From contig JAQGDQ010000007.1 of the NCBI GenBank assembly GCA_030141605.1, forward strand, positions 855,173-919,172: a stretch of DNA of 64,000 bases. Reading direction: 5' to 3'. This stretch comes from Tubiluchus corallicola. Its lineage: Eukaryota > Animalia > Priapulida. The notes below the pieces were generated by a model, which worked only from the letters and a program-made list of their open reading frames with translations, ran no database searches and was not told the DNA's origin. This document shows, piece by piece, positions 40,261-52,000 of the stretch (the first letter of the stretch is position 1; every line of letters begins with the position of its first letter). Both the position numbers and the translations under genes were made by a program.

Positions 40261-43155
40261 ACACGTATGGTTTTATATATATTAAACGAAACAGTTGAAA
40301 TGAATTTTTGAGCAGAACACTCAGGTCGTTAACGCCACAAATAAAAATAATAGAGCACATTGCCATCAGTAATTAATATAATTATCGTGATGCATAAAAT
40401 AAACAGAGCAGCAGTTATAAAAGGTATTAAAAAGCACAAATTTCACACCATAAAAACATTTTACATGTACCAGCTTATCAAGCTGCACTGCGATATTTCG
40501 GAATGGAACCAATATGATATCAAATAGTTGCTGTTTCATCGTGAATATTTAACAATACGTGATCGAAAACTGCATAAATTGTAAACTATTACTTGGAATG
40601 TCAATTTGTTTCTTCCACATTAGTCTGCTGGGTAAATTTTAAATTTTCAAAATTAAATGGTAATACATATCCACTGTTGTTGCAAACCTTTATGTTTCGA
40701 ATGGCAAAAGAAGGATCATCTTCGAACACCTCAAATGCCAGCAGTTCAATGTTTTCCTGTTTCATCATATCCATTAGGCTATACACGTTCTGTAAAGATT
40801 AATTGGACAAGCTGTGTATAAATTACAGGCGGTGTGCGCAGATGTGTTGGACAGGTGTGTATCAGGACTCTGTATAAGTTACAAAAAATGTGAAGTGTAC
40901 AGCTGTTTGTATCCAATAATACAATAAAATAAGCAATTACATTACATAATGGGACAAGTATGAAACATTTTCACAACTGAAACACAAATAATTTAGAATA
41001 AAGCTTGAATTTTTAGACTGCTTTAAGCTACTCTTTTTATTTTTAGTAAGAGAGTGAGATTGAATTATTTTATATTAATTAATTATGCGCGTCATGTAAT
41101 CAATAAGCGCAACAAGTTGTTTAACATCAAAGTAGTGCTTATACTGTGTTGTAATTAATGGTCAATGACATCAGCTATCCCTTTTCTTAGGAATAGTGTT
41201 AACAGCCGCATCAGGGCAATGAACCGTTGTGCTCATTTCCTTACTTCCTGGAAAGAGCCTAGCAGCTGGCTAGTCCCGCCCATACAGCCAATCAGCAACT
41301 AGCTGCATTGACCAATGACCAATAAGAGTCAATCTGACCACTGACCAGAGAGTCACTAGGTGACAGTTCCACAGATAGGACAGATGTCAGTGACGAAAAA
41401 TAGATCCTGACCACTAACCAGCAAGTCAGCAGAGGACGATTCTCTAAGAATAGAATTGATGTCATGAGCTAAGAATAACACGCTCATTGAGGCGTATATA
41501 AACAGCTGCAGAATGCTGCTGCAGGGAGAATTGCGGTTTAGACATCTGTGCTCAACTTTTGTGTATTTTCTCTCGTCACAGAAGATTGCTACTCAGTGTT
41601 AATATTACTGTGGATGTTTATGTACTACAATAAATCCATACGATCACGACACTTACATTTGGATTTCAAGAACATTTATTTATTTCAACAATAAACAAAT
41701 AAGACTTTCATCATCATTTTACCTTTTCTTATTTAGCACAAGGTAGCTATACGTTTCTCTTTTAACGTTTATTTAAAAAAAGCAAACAAGCAAAACAAAA
41801 CTGGAATATTTTGAGTATAATGTTATTGAATTCAAGTTACTTACCGCCATAAAATGTTCGCGATTTTTTGATAGGATAGCGACTTTCTTCCATCCATAAT
41901 ACTTGAATAACGCTATGCGTAGATAATGCATATATTGGTCTGGTGGCGTAATTCTACAGAATGTTGGAAACATTTTTCGATTTGACAGCAAAGCTGACGT
42001 TGCTCCTATGGACATCTGAATAGAACACGTGCCATAATCGCAAAGAAGTCAAAATGTCTTTTAAGTCTCAAAAAATTTCTTATTTTTTCACAGAAGCTTT
42101 CATCCTTCACGGATTTCACCAAGTAGCTGATGAAGTCCGTGAAGGATGAAAATTTCTGTAAAAAAATTTTAGACTTAATGGGCATTTTGACTTCTTTATG
42201 ATTGTGACCATAGCAGGTCTCAGAAGATCTTATTATCAAAAACATTTGTCACTTATTTCTATGGTAGGGCGACAGTGATAAAGGGCACATATCTGTCTAT
42301 ATTGAATAATATGGTATAATACATTTTACTATTATAACTCATAACATTTATTTGTACCATTAGATGGCAAAATGTTATTTGAATGCAAAGACTTTTCTTA
42401 ACCTAAATGCGCTTGGCTGAGCAATGTAATAATTATTTTTTCTCACCTCCATAATGTTAAAGTACTGGGCAGCTGCTGCCGTTGGTATGGCAACATGGGA
42501 GCAACCTCCTTCCATCAAGATTATCTTTGTTGGTGGTTGACTTATGAGGTCAAACATTACTTTTATTGATCGTCCTTCATTGCACTTCATGTAACAAAAA
42601 TGTGAGAAAACTATGTAACAAGATGTGATATAATGAGATATAATATATTGTGATGTAGTGTAAAATTACATAGCAGTAATGTGACAAATCGTTATATCAT
42701 GCAGTGTCTTAAATCTAGGGTGACTTAAACATAGTGTTATTTACCATTGCATCAAACCAGATCAATTCCAGCTCATAATCAGGTAAGATCGAGGAGTTGG
42801 AGTTAATGTGATCCAATGCAGTTTCCAGTCCAGGTAAAACACCACTTCCGTTCCATATGTCGTTCATAATGTGCAACATTCCAGCAACATAAAGTTTCCT
42901 TTTGTTCGAACATCGCACGAACACAGGCAGAGAAATGACTAGCACTAAATTACATAAATGAGAGACTTAGTAAGGAAGGAATTAGGTGAGTATTTGTTTG
43001 AGCGAAGGTCCGCGTGTGTGAGTGACTGTTGAAGTTAAATTTCAATGTTGTTATTATTCTAAATAGAATTGACAACTATACGTAAAAGAAGCGATTAAAA
43101 CACAAATAAATAAAAATATAATATCTATACCTGTAAACATTATCACTTTTCTCAT
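29827..43155 (-). CDS. GABA-B receptor-like class C GPCR, copy B (tandem paralog; terminal exon(s) uncertain)
   Basis: Exons (-): 43155-43131, 42944-42745, 42584-42447, 42015-41845, 40789-40688, 39937-39872, 39463-39272, 38442-38197, 37782-37719, 36673-36584, 36206-36047, 35490-35355, 34832-34716, 33510-33388, 32909-32770, 31650-31458, 30109-30013, probably 29899-29827, then an unresolved last exon near 29.4-29.7 kb. Exons 3-16 have the same lengths and phases as in copy A. Signal peptide MRKVIMFTVLVISLPVFVRC. Confidence 0.87.
30176..31030. repeat. Complex tandem repeat: three ~300-360 bp units with internal CACTTCACCACTTGTGCATCTCAC subrepeats
   Basis: ATTATTTCTCATTATTAAAG.GCAGAAAGTTATT...CAGTTCAATGAAATATGTACTA restarts at ~30177, ~30481 and ~30839. 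It explains the spurious His/Cys-rich ORFs. Confidence 0.9.
31890..32300 (+). mobile_element. Decayed 3' fragment of a non-LTR retrotransposon ORF2 (L2/CR1-group-like)
   Basis: W...STLNEIEVAYKKLFSLPYHCCAREM resembles the post-RT tail LW...L.VAYN..R.L..LP..CSAS.MF. Not seen in the homologous intron of copy A. Confidence 0.4.
32998..33113. mobile_element. 116-bp MITE with 20-bp TIRs around (TAACCC)-like repeats
   Basis: AGTTTACAATTCCCACACAA ... TTGTGTGGGAATTGTAAACT; the interior reads TAACCCTAACCAGAACCCAACCCTATCCCTAAC. Confidence 0.75.
34165..34245 (-). mobile_element. tRNA-derived SINE head / tRNA pseudogene
   Basis: Minus strand GGGTGGCCGAGTGGTCTAA (A box) ... AGTTCGAGTCT (B box). No intact cloverleaf. 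Confidence 0.45.
41145..41690 (+). mobile_element. Solo-LTR-like insertion in an intron of GPCR copy B
   Basis: TG(TG)TTG...CAACA ends, CCAAT motifs (~41288-41323), TATATAAA (~41495) and AATAAA (~41629). The ~650 bp segment is missing from the homologous intron of copy A, and TAAGA is repeated at 41047 and 41700. Confidence 0.55.
42031..42208. mobile_element. Palindromic insert carrying back-to-back minimal hammerhead motifs (Penelope-like-element derived)
   Basis: Imperfect 178-bp palindrome, absent from the copy A intron. The arms contain CTGATGAAGTCCGTGAAGGATGAAA (+) and CTTGGTGAAATCCGTGAAGGATGAAAGCTTC (-). Confidence 0.75.
42123..42159 (+). ncRNA. Minimal type-I hammerhead ribozyme motif
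   Basis: GTAG-CTGATGA-A-GTCC-GTGAA-GGAT-GAA-AATT-T-CTGT: stem I GTAG/CTGT, core CUGAUGA, stem II GUCC/GGAU, GAAA, palindromic AAUU in place of stem III, U17. Confidence 0.6.
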
Positions 43156-43962
43156 AGTGTTTTTCATTTATATAACGAGTAACAGTTGTCTAATCTTTAC
43201 ACAGTTTGACATATTTGCACGTCCTATTTCATTTGTCTACATCAGGTAAGCGTGTGTGTGCATTTCCCTCTCAAATAATGAGCATGTTTTTTTGCGCATT
43301 GCGCACTTCTAGACAATCAAGTGCCAGACCATAATGGCTTCTCTCTCATTTATGTCGAGTGGCTTCATCAGAGTGATATCGTTGTATATTTACTTGAAAA
43401 GATAGCAGTAAATCATATTAAATTTCCAAGTTGATGTTATTAATTTGTAAAAAGGCATACGAATATTAATTTGCATAGAACTGTCTCTTTGTCAATAATA
43501 ATTCATCTATATTGAGTAGTAGGATTAAGCGCAAATATTTTATATTTGCTAATTTTTCAAACATTTGTAATTTTTCAAATATTTTATAATTTTTTTAAAT
43601 ATTTAATCTTATTAATTTTTCATAAAATTAATTTTGCTGAATTAATTTCTTACAAGTTAGAAATATAAAACACCGTCCATATGCAATATAATGTTAGTTA
43701 GCATTGAACCGTTATATTAAATAAGGACCACAAATATGTATACACGTCCGCATTTCCATATGCACTGCGACGCTTCTGAATCGGATTACCAGCTGTGCTT
43801 TACGATCACACTTTAAAAAAGTCTGATACTATGATATTCTAACACCCTAAAACACCCTAAATATTCACATCACTATTAATGTTGGTCAGGTTTTGGTACA
43901 CTACTATCAGTGAATTGTATTAACATGTCTTCTAATTGCTACATGGCATTAAGTTAGTGAGC

Positions 43963-46440
43963 ATCTCGCCAAAATGATCTTTCACCAATGAAGTCTTACT
44001 AGTGTAGTCACCTGTCTGTACGTTATTACAATGCGCGGTGTTTCTTAACTAATGTTTAATGTATATAAATGTTTGTGTCTGCATATGTAACTATGCATAA
44101 TGTTACACTAATTACAAAAATGCGATCATGTGCATGCATTATTTGATCTACGTATTTACTCTGTATCGTGAGTTTATGTGTGTACATGTACAATGTGAAC
44201 CTAAACTTTAAATAACAAAATTTAAAATTTCATACTTAATAATATTAAAATATATCATCATTACATGTTTCAATGGATACAGTGATATAAAAATACTATA
44301 ATAACTAATACATATCAAATAATCCAACTATACTTAATATATCAATATCAATACTAATCATGAATATATACTACATATTAAGTAATTCAACTATATGTCA
44401 ATATCCGTACAAATCATGAATGCATAAACATATATTAAAATAATTCAACTATATCTAATAACTATTAAGATTGATGCATAATAACCGATAATTAATCATA
44501 TCATTTCACAATAACTAGTAATTAATCATATCATATCATATCCTTTATTAACACATAATAATAATCAATACATATTGTCCATTAATGTTGCATATTATAA
44601 TTGCATAATTAATGCACCATATGATAAGCCCTGTTTGTTGTTGCATATTACGTTATTGCATTACATATCATTGTATAACAGTGCCCATAATTAATAACAT
44701 CGCATATTATCTATGTGTTCTACTGTTAATATAAAAAAAAACGTAAAAAACTAATAATGTGGATATAAATGTTGATTTGTTATCATTACGACGACATCCT
44801 TCTCTCGTCATGGAAAGTGTTGTTTTTCTAAAGCAAATACTGCTGTCGTTATATGTATGGTCCATTGTTGGAAATTGAATTAGTTTGTGATCTGAGTTCT
44901 TAGTACACAGTGGAAAATAAAGGTAGCTGACATGTTGGGTTAATGTACCATGATAAAAATTAGAAAGGATGTGCATATTGGTATGTATAAATTTTGAAGA
45001 AAAAGAAAAAAGGATAAATGGAGTAAAAAAATTTAAAATTCGCAAGAATTGGATCGTCTAACTATTCTGTTCGGGTAGCGTCTCGTTCTTGTCTGAATCG
45101 TCACCTGTTCTGGTGTAACGTGGGTTTTGATCATCTATTTATGTAGATTGTTTTTGGGTCATGGGTGAGATGTCCAAGTGAGGTAAAAATAAATTTGGGT
45201 CATCCCAAAAATCATGATCTAAAGAAAGGTTAACCATCATAGATTCTTGAGATAGAGGTGGTGTGTCGGGTGAAAGGTTTCCTTACATGTTTATCTCTGG
45301 TAGATCGTCTTCTTGTGTTATTCACAAGGAGTTATTGTGTTGAACTTGTGTTGTCCACATGGGGTCATTGTGTTGGCCTGGGTCAGAATGTACTGACATG
45401 TTGTTAACTGACTGTGTATCCTCTGTATTTATGTATATAAGAGTTGGCATTATTCCGCTTGCATGTCCGAACATATTGGTATTTCTTTCGCTCATTAAAC
45501 GCATAGCCATCGAAGAAAATACTGTTGGCATATTGTCTCTGATGGTAAATTAGCTGGCTGTCGATGTGTTTGTGAAGCGTACAATTGGCAAGTTAATTAG
45601 TCGCTTTCATACAGTTCACGAGACTGAGCACATGTTGTTACCGCTATAATAAGACAAATTAAGTTAAGTTCATACATCGTTCATTAGTCAAACAATATAC
45701 TGCAGATAATATGTTTTTCCCTTTAACTTAAGCTGATATTCTTATTCCTTTTTTAGGCATGCATGAAAGTAATTTTCCGTTTGACAGAATAGTTCCCGCG
45801 ACTATGTGTGTTTCATGCAAATATGCGGGTATTTACTGACTAATTATATATGCAACATTAATGAACAATACGTATTGATTATTATTATTATTATAGTTGT
45901 TGTTAACGAAGGATATGATGTGATATGATAAATTGCTAGTTATTGTGAAATGATATAATGAATTATCAGTTATTATGCATCACTCTTAATATGTATTAGA
46001 TATAGTTGAATTGTTGTATTTATGATTAGTATGGATATTGACGTATAGTTGAATTATTTAATACCTAGTATGCATTTATGATTAGTATTTGATATTGATA
46101 TACTGATTATAGTTGGATTATTTGATATGCATTAGTTATTATAGCATTTTTATATCACTGTATCCATAAAAACATGCGATGATGATATATTTTAATACAG
46201 TATGAAATTTTAAATTTTGTTATTTTTAAAGTTTAAAGTTTGTAAAGCATAAACTCACGATACAGAACAAATACGGAGATCAAATAATGTAAGCACATGA
46301 TCGCATTTTTGTAACTAGTATAACGTACGCATGGTTACATATGCAGACACTAACATGTAGAACACCACACATTGTAATAACGTACAGACAGGTGACTACA
46401 CTAGTAAGACTTCATTGGTGACAAATTATTTTGGTAAGAT
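43963..46440. mobile_element. ~2.5 kb foldback element with ~600-640 bp terminal inverted repeats (Mutator/foldback-like)
   Basis: 43963-44602 is the imperfect reverse complement of 45842-46440 (e.g. CACCAATGAAGTCTTACTAGTGTAGTCACCTGTCTGTACGTTATTACAAT vs ATTGTAATAACGTACAGACAGGTGACTACACTAGTAAGACTTCATTGGTG). The spacer is ~1.24 kb. No TSD found. Confidence 0.8.
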
Positions 46441-49003
46441 ATAAAAGAGGAAGTTACATTTAGAAGTTTCAGGAATAAAGTTACTGTCAGCACAAAGATC
46501 TTTTTAAATTATCTGCGGAATGTGTTTACCAAGTGTATTCGATTACTTACTAGACAAATGTTCACCTCTGATGCAGAAAGAGAAGGTTGTCCATTTCTTG
46601 GGCTTTTGCACGTTGGTCGCCGTAATACGAGTGCAAGCTCGTGCGCGTACATTTTCCCTTACAAGTCTGTAAAACTTATTACATCCTGTTCTGTCTTATT
46701 TTCATACAATCATTCAACAAATTTATGCAAATTATGCGCTTACAAAATACGGACGCTTTTTATCTTTACTGACATTGCGCTTTGGTCGCTGTAAAATGGA
46801 TCTTCTAGCGAAGAATGACGACTGACAAAGAGGACCTTCAAGACCCGCTTGATATCGTCAAACTTGAATGACATTCAAAACTCTCCAAAGAGTAAACATT
46901 GCAATTTATTCGACATTGGCTCGATTTTTCCATTTTTTTGAGTACTTTGCCGCAAAATGATAGAGACGCAAGCGGCTCAAAGAACTTTTACTTGTGGTTA
47001 GACCAAAAACTTCATATTTTTGACCATTTTTCGTAGTTTTTTTTGTTCACGCCGGCTAATTTCACAACAGATTCCACTTTTTTACAAATTGCTATTTTAC
47101 TGATAACTTTTCGTCAGTTTAAAAATTATTAACACTCACTGGGTATTGAACTGGGAAACCAATAATTAGTTGCCTAAACAAGTACCTGTTAGGCCACTGT
47201 GGCAACACTGAAGCAACACGGTGGCAACACTGTAAATGCAAAAATAAAGGGCGTTTGAACGTATTTGCGCTAAAAAAACCTAAACCTTAGTGTCACTAGT
47301 GTAACTTTTGAGGGTAACTAGTGTAACTTCTTGAGATTTCTGCACGTTATGGAGGAAAACCTCTTTCTCTCTTGATTTCGTTTTCACGTTTTGCAACACA
47401 TAATAAACGATTTCGGTCATGGGGGCCGCCAGAGTTTACAAAATTTGACGCACAAGCAGCTAGGGGGTCTGGGGGAGCGGTGTAAGCTCCCCCGGCAGCT
47501 TGGGGATGGAGCTCCGGGTCCAACGCATTTTTCTGTATTTAAACACATTGGAGGCCTCAAATGAGATCTAACTTCTGGTACATAGACTTCCATAAACGTG
47601 AAAAATTCTGCTTTAATATATTTTACTTACATTTACCTGGGTAATAGTCATTGTATTCTATTGTAGTAGTCATATACTTTAAAAGCTATTTCGTAATGCA
47701 TTTGCAATGCAGATGACCCATTACTTAAGCTTAATTTATTTAGTGTGAAGATTATCTATCCAGCAAAAGGTGGATAGTCAAACATAAAACTGATATGAGA
47801 TGGTTAAGTTTACAGCCCCCCCCCACTGTTCAGAATCGACACTATGTACGTGTCATGCATAACCATAACTTCGTATGCAAATTAGCTTGCTGCTCGGGGG
47901 TTGCGCAAACAAACAAGGGGTTGATGTTTGTCTTGGTTTACTGCTAAAAAATTATTTAGCCATAAAAAATTTTCTTAAGAAATTCTGTGGCCGCATGTTC
48001 ATCAGTGCCGGCGCCTATGATTTCGGTGCCATTTCTGCAGTCAAAGCTGTTGATCTGATTTGAAGGTATAGAAGGCTTCCAGGAACTGTTTTCTTCAGCA
48101 TTTCATTTCTAATTTCTTGGTGGTAGTAACGTACATGTCTCCTGATATTGCTGCGGTTGGAGTATATATATAAATAATAAAAATTATTGAATTCATGTTT
48201 GGCTATAAAGAATTTTTACCATGTTTTCATATCTTAAGATGCCCATTTGATACTTGAACATAAAGAGAATAGAACTTTCTTTGCTACAAGTAGCTTTTTA
48301 TTTGCTGCGAGTACTGACATGCGTGTCATTATAGAAAGACTTTATGGCTATTTATAAACCATTTTGCAAAGTTACACCACCAGTGGTATTACTAATTATG
48401 AACGTTTAAATATCCAAATCTCTCAACGCTGATATTGAAATCTAATGACAAGATAGTTTTCAAATTACATGATTCTAATAAACTTTGATATTAATTATTA
48501 CATGTTGACATGACGTTTGTACCACTTAAGCTGTAACTGAATACTTAAGTAAACGTAAACAGAACGTCGCCAGAATCACCAATAAAGCCATTCTATAATA
48601 AGATTTTGAATCACATCAGCATATTAGCACGATAACTATATAAATGAATTACATAACAATAAATATACATATTTCGCTTATAATTACAGAATAACGAAGT
48701 CCGCGATTTTTGCATGCTCTTGTGTTTACGCAGAGTAACTTGACCCACCCCCGCATATCAACGGGCGTTACACCCGGACTTGCATAAGTCAACTTACTAA
48801 ACATAAACAGAACATGCTTAATAAATACAAAGCTTAAAATTTTTCTTTTAAACAGTTGCTTGATGTTTTTGCTCCGTCAATGATTAAGACATAAAAAAGA
48901 CTAAAACTGCCTCCCTATTAACTACTTCCGTATCCGGTTGCGTTAGTCCTTGAGACTGCCAGGTCATATTGTTAAGCATTTTGATCTCCTGTATGCCTAT
49001 TGT

Positions 49004-52000
49004 CTATTTTTTCTCATCACCGTCACCGTTATCAGGACTACCACTGTTGCACGGTAGTAATCTTATAAACTTTTCAAACACATAGTCCATTATTTCATGG
49101 TCCGTAGACTTGTAGTCGTCACTTTCTTTAGAGTAAGCTAGAGCTTCGTTGATGACCGACATCACCACGCTAAGGACACCTGAAAAATCACAATACTCAA
49201 TGACGAGTGGATAAAGGATGTAAATAGTTTTTCTAAACAGTGCTTTAAATTCCACACTAAACCGTAGTAAAAGTAACTTGCTAGTCTAGAACCAAGGGAA
49301 GTTAAAGAAACGCTGAATCTGTCTAGCAAATGACCAGTCTCTCATACGATAAAACAACGGAGCCAAGGTTCGACCAAACACATCAACTAAAATAGTGTTA
49401 AGAGATCGAGTTTGATTGATGAAAAAGTTGACCACCTTCAACTAATATGTGCATCTGCAACAGAAACTTATCAACACACGAATGTGAATGAAGCTAATTG
49501 TCTTTGTTATTTTGATGCTTTTTGTGGTATAATAATAACCTTTGTTTAAAGTCGGCTTTAAATTCAACAGATAACACAACTTATCATGAGGCCTTTTTGT
49601 CGCCCACTGCAAATTGGTATAACCCGGCCGCAGTATCGAACTCACGACCTCCCAAACAGAAACACAGAGACGCTTTACCACTAGACTAAACCGTCTGGTC
49701 AAAAGACTAAACTGCCGGGTATTTTGGAAAGCTACAACAGTTTTTTACGAAAACTACGCAAAAATTAATTGAGCCAAAAAATTAATAAATATTTAAATTT
49801 TAATAAAATGTATCCAATGTTTCAACTAAAAATTGTTGTTGTAATTGGTAACTGTTGTTATAAATGTGACAATGTAAATCTCGTTTCAGTGGCTATGTCG
49901 AGTGGAAAAAAATGACAAATCGTTTAGATTTTTGTCCACGGTTTCTAATGGAGTTTGATCAATTACATTTTGATCAATGACGCTATAGTGTTAATTACTT
50001 AGTGCATATTGTCAGCTACGATTTAAATCAATCACTAGATGTTTTACGTTGCTAAAAAGGCTTCATTACATCTGCTAATTCACTTTTATGCATTTTTAAA
50101 ACTGTTACTAATAAACGTGTTTTACTGAAATTATTATTTTCCTATTGTACGTCCTATTTTCCTATTATATGGCAGCTCAATATTTGATTTAACAGACAAT
50201 ATTGATCTAGTAGCAGCGAAACAGAAAGAATTAACGCTGTGTTCTTCAAATCCAAAGGAATTCTCATTGTAGTGTCTAGTGTGACAACATGAACTGCAGA
50301 TACGTATCTTCTTACAAAGATAATTGTTAAATATACTCCGAATCTCTCGAAATCTATTGATATCTCTAACAATGAAATCTTTGAGTGCATTGTCAATCTT
50401 AAAACACTCACAGTAGTTTAACAACTCTAGGAAAGAATAACATTTTTGTACATTATTATGATAATAATTATAGTTTTAGTGATCGGATAGCATACGAACT
50501 TTATTGGACGTTGAACTACGAGATATTAATGCCTTTATTTGGGTACGATGAAATTGAAACAATGTTATTAACACTTTTGATCAATTAATTATTTAATTAT
50601 TTTAGTTATTTATATTATTACCATTATACTAACGTCAATGTATTGCACTGTGATATGCGAATAAAGATGATATATTTATTTTGCGTACGCATCCCCCATT
50701 TTGGGATAAGGGGACATAATTTTAAATTACTGCAGACTGAATGTTTGCAACTTGTCTTTTTGTAACAGAATCGTAGGTATTTGGAATTCTTTAACTTATG
50801 ACACAGTTGTTAAATGTTAAAGCCTCTAATGTTAAAGATTTTGCATCATTGTTAGAGTATGAAAACTTGTTGCAACATTATAAATTTGATCGTAACTTGT
50901 TAACAGAGAGCCACCTATAAGTGCTTTGTCTGTGTGGCTTCTCCCTTTTCTTCTGTATAACATTATATACAATGTTGAAAGAATCAATCAATCATATATT
51001 TGAAGGTGTGTCTGAGTGGAGAAGTTCGCAGCAATTAACAAATCATCTAACCCACCTATCACAACTATCCACTGAAACGCCATGAAGTAGAAAGGTCCAA
51101 GGGCGCTGTTTGCCTCTTCGAAGTCGTAATAGTTGAAACTACCCAGCAGAAAGTTGAAGACGGATTCCATGGTTGTTATAAACGAGTGATAATCTTCCAA
51201 AACTTTGTTGAAGAGCAGATATCCAAAAGAGCTGAAAGCCCCGAATGTCACAACAAATAAGGTAACATACATCTGAAACAAAACATAGTGAGAATAAGTG
51301 AAAGAAGTAAGGTGTAAACTGAGTAAACTCGCAAAATCTGACAAAACGATTTCGTAAATCGTTTTGAAAATATGAGAAAATTGTTGACTTTTTTTCAACA
51401 AATAGGGGCCATCCACCTAGAGCGATACCTAATACCTACAACAAAGGTCCCCTACATATTACCTTCCTTACATTATAATGGCGTTATCATATGTCTCACA
51501 ACCTACATACCCCTTATATTGATATTTATATCACACCGATGTAACTTTTTGTACATTTTATTATTCCTCCTCTCAAAGACTGGCAAGAACATCACTTGTG
51601 TTAATTAACGGGAAACTTGTAACGACGTCTGCTGCTGTCACACTGTCAGATATCACGACAAAATCACCTACCTAAGTTGCGTTATAATGGCCTACCTACC
51701 TTAAACTTGATATGGTTATAAAATTAATGGCCTCATTTAGCTAACAATGTTTCCGCCGATCTTTTGAATTTTGTGCTTGGGGTTTTTTTTTCAGAGTGAA
51801 TCATTCCTGCAGTATAACCTATCTTCTCGTAGGCAAAATGTAGGTATATGTACTGCTATTCTAGTAGAAAATAATGTCCTCGTACCAGACAAAGCCTATA
51901 CAGAAAAATTATAATTTAATTTGCTGGCTTTGTGGGCTGGTATTGAGAAGCACGCAAGGTCTGCTGGCAAGTTTTCCCCTTATTTTCTCCGTTACGTCAT

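Noticed and set aside
50134-50424. Two overlapping minus-strand ORFs in a PKD1-like intron
   Set aside because: The flanking exons join in phase without them, and I recognise no domain.
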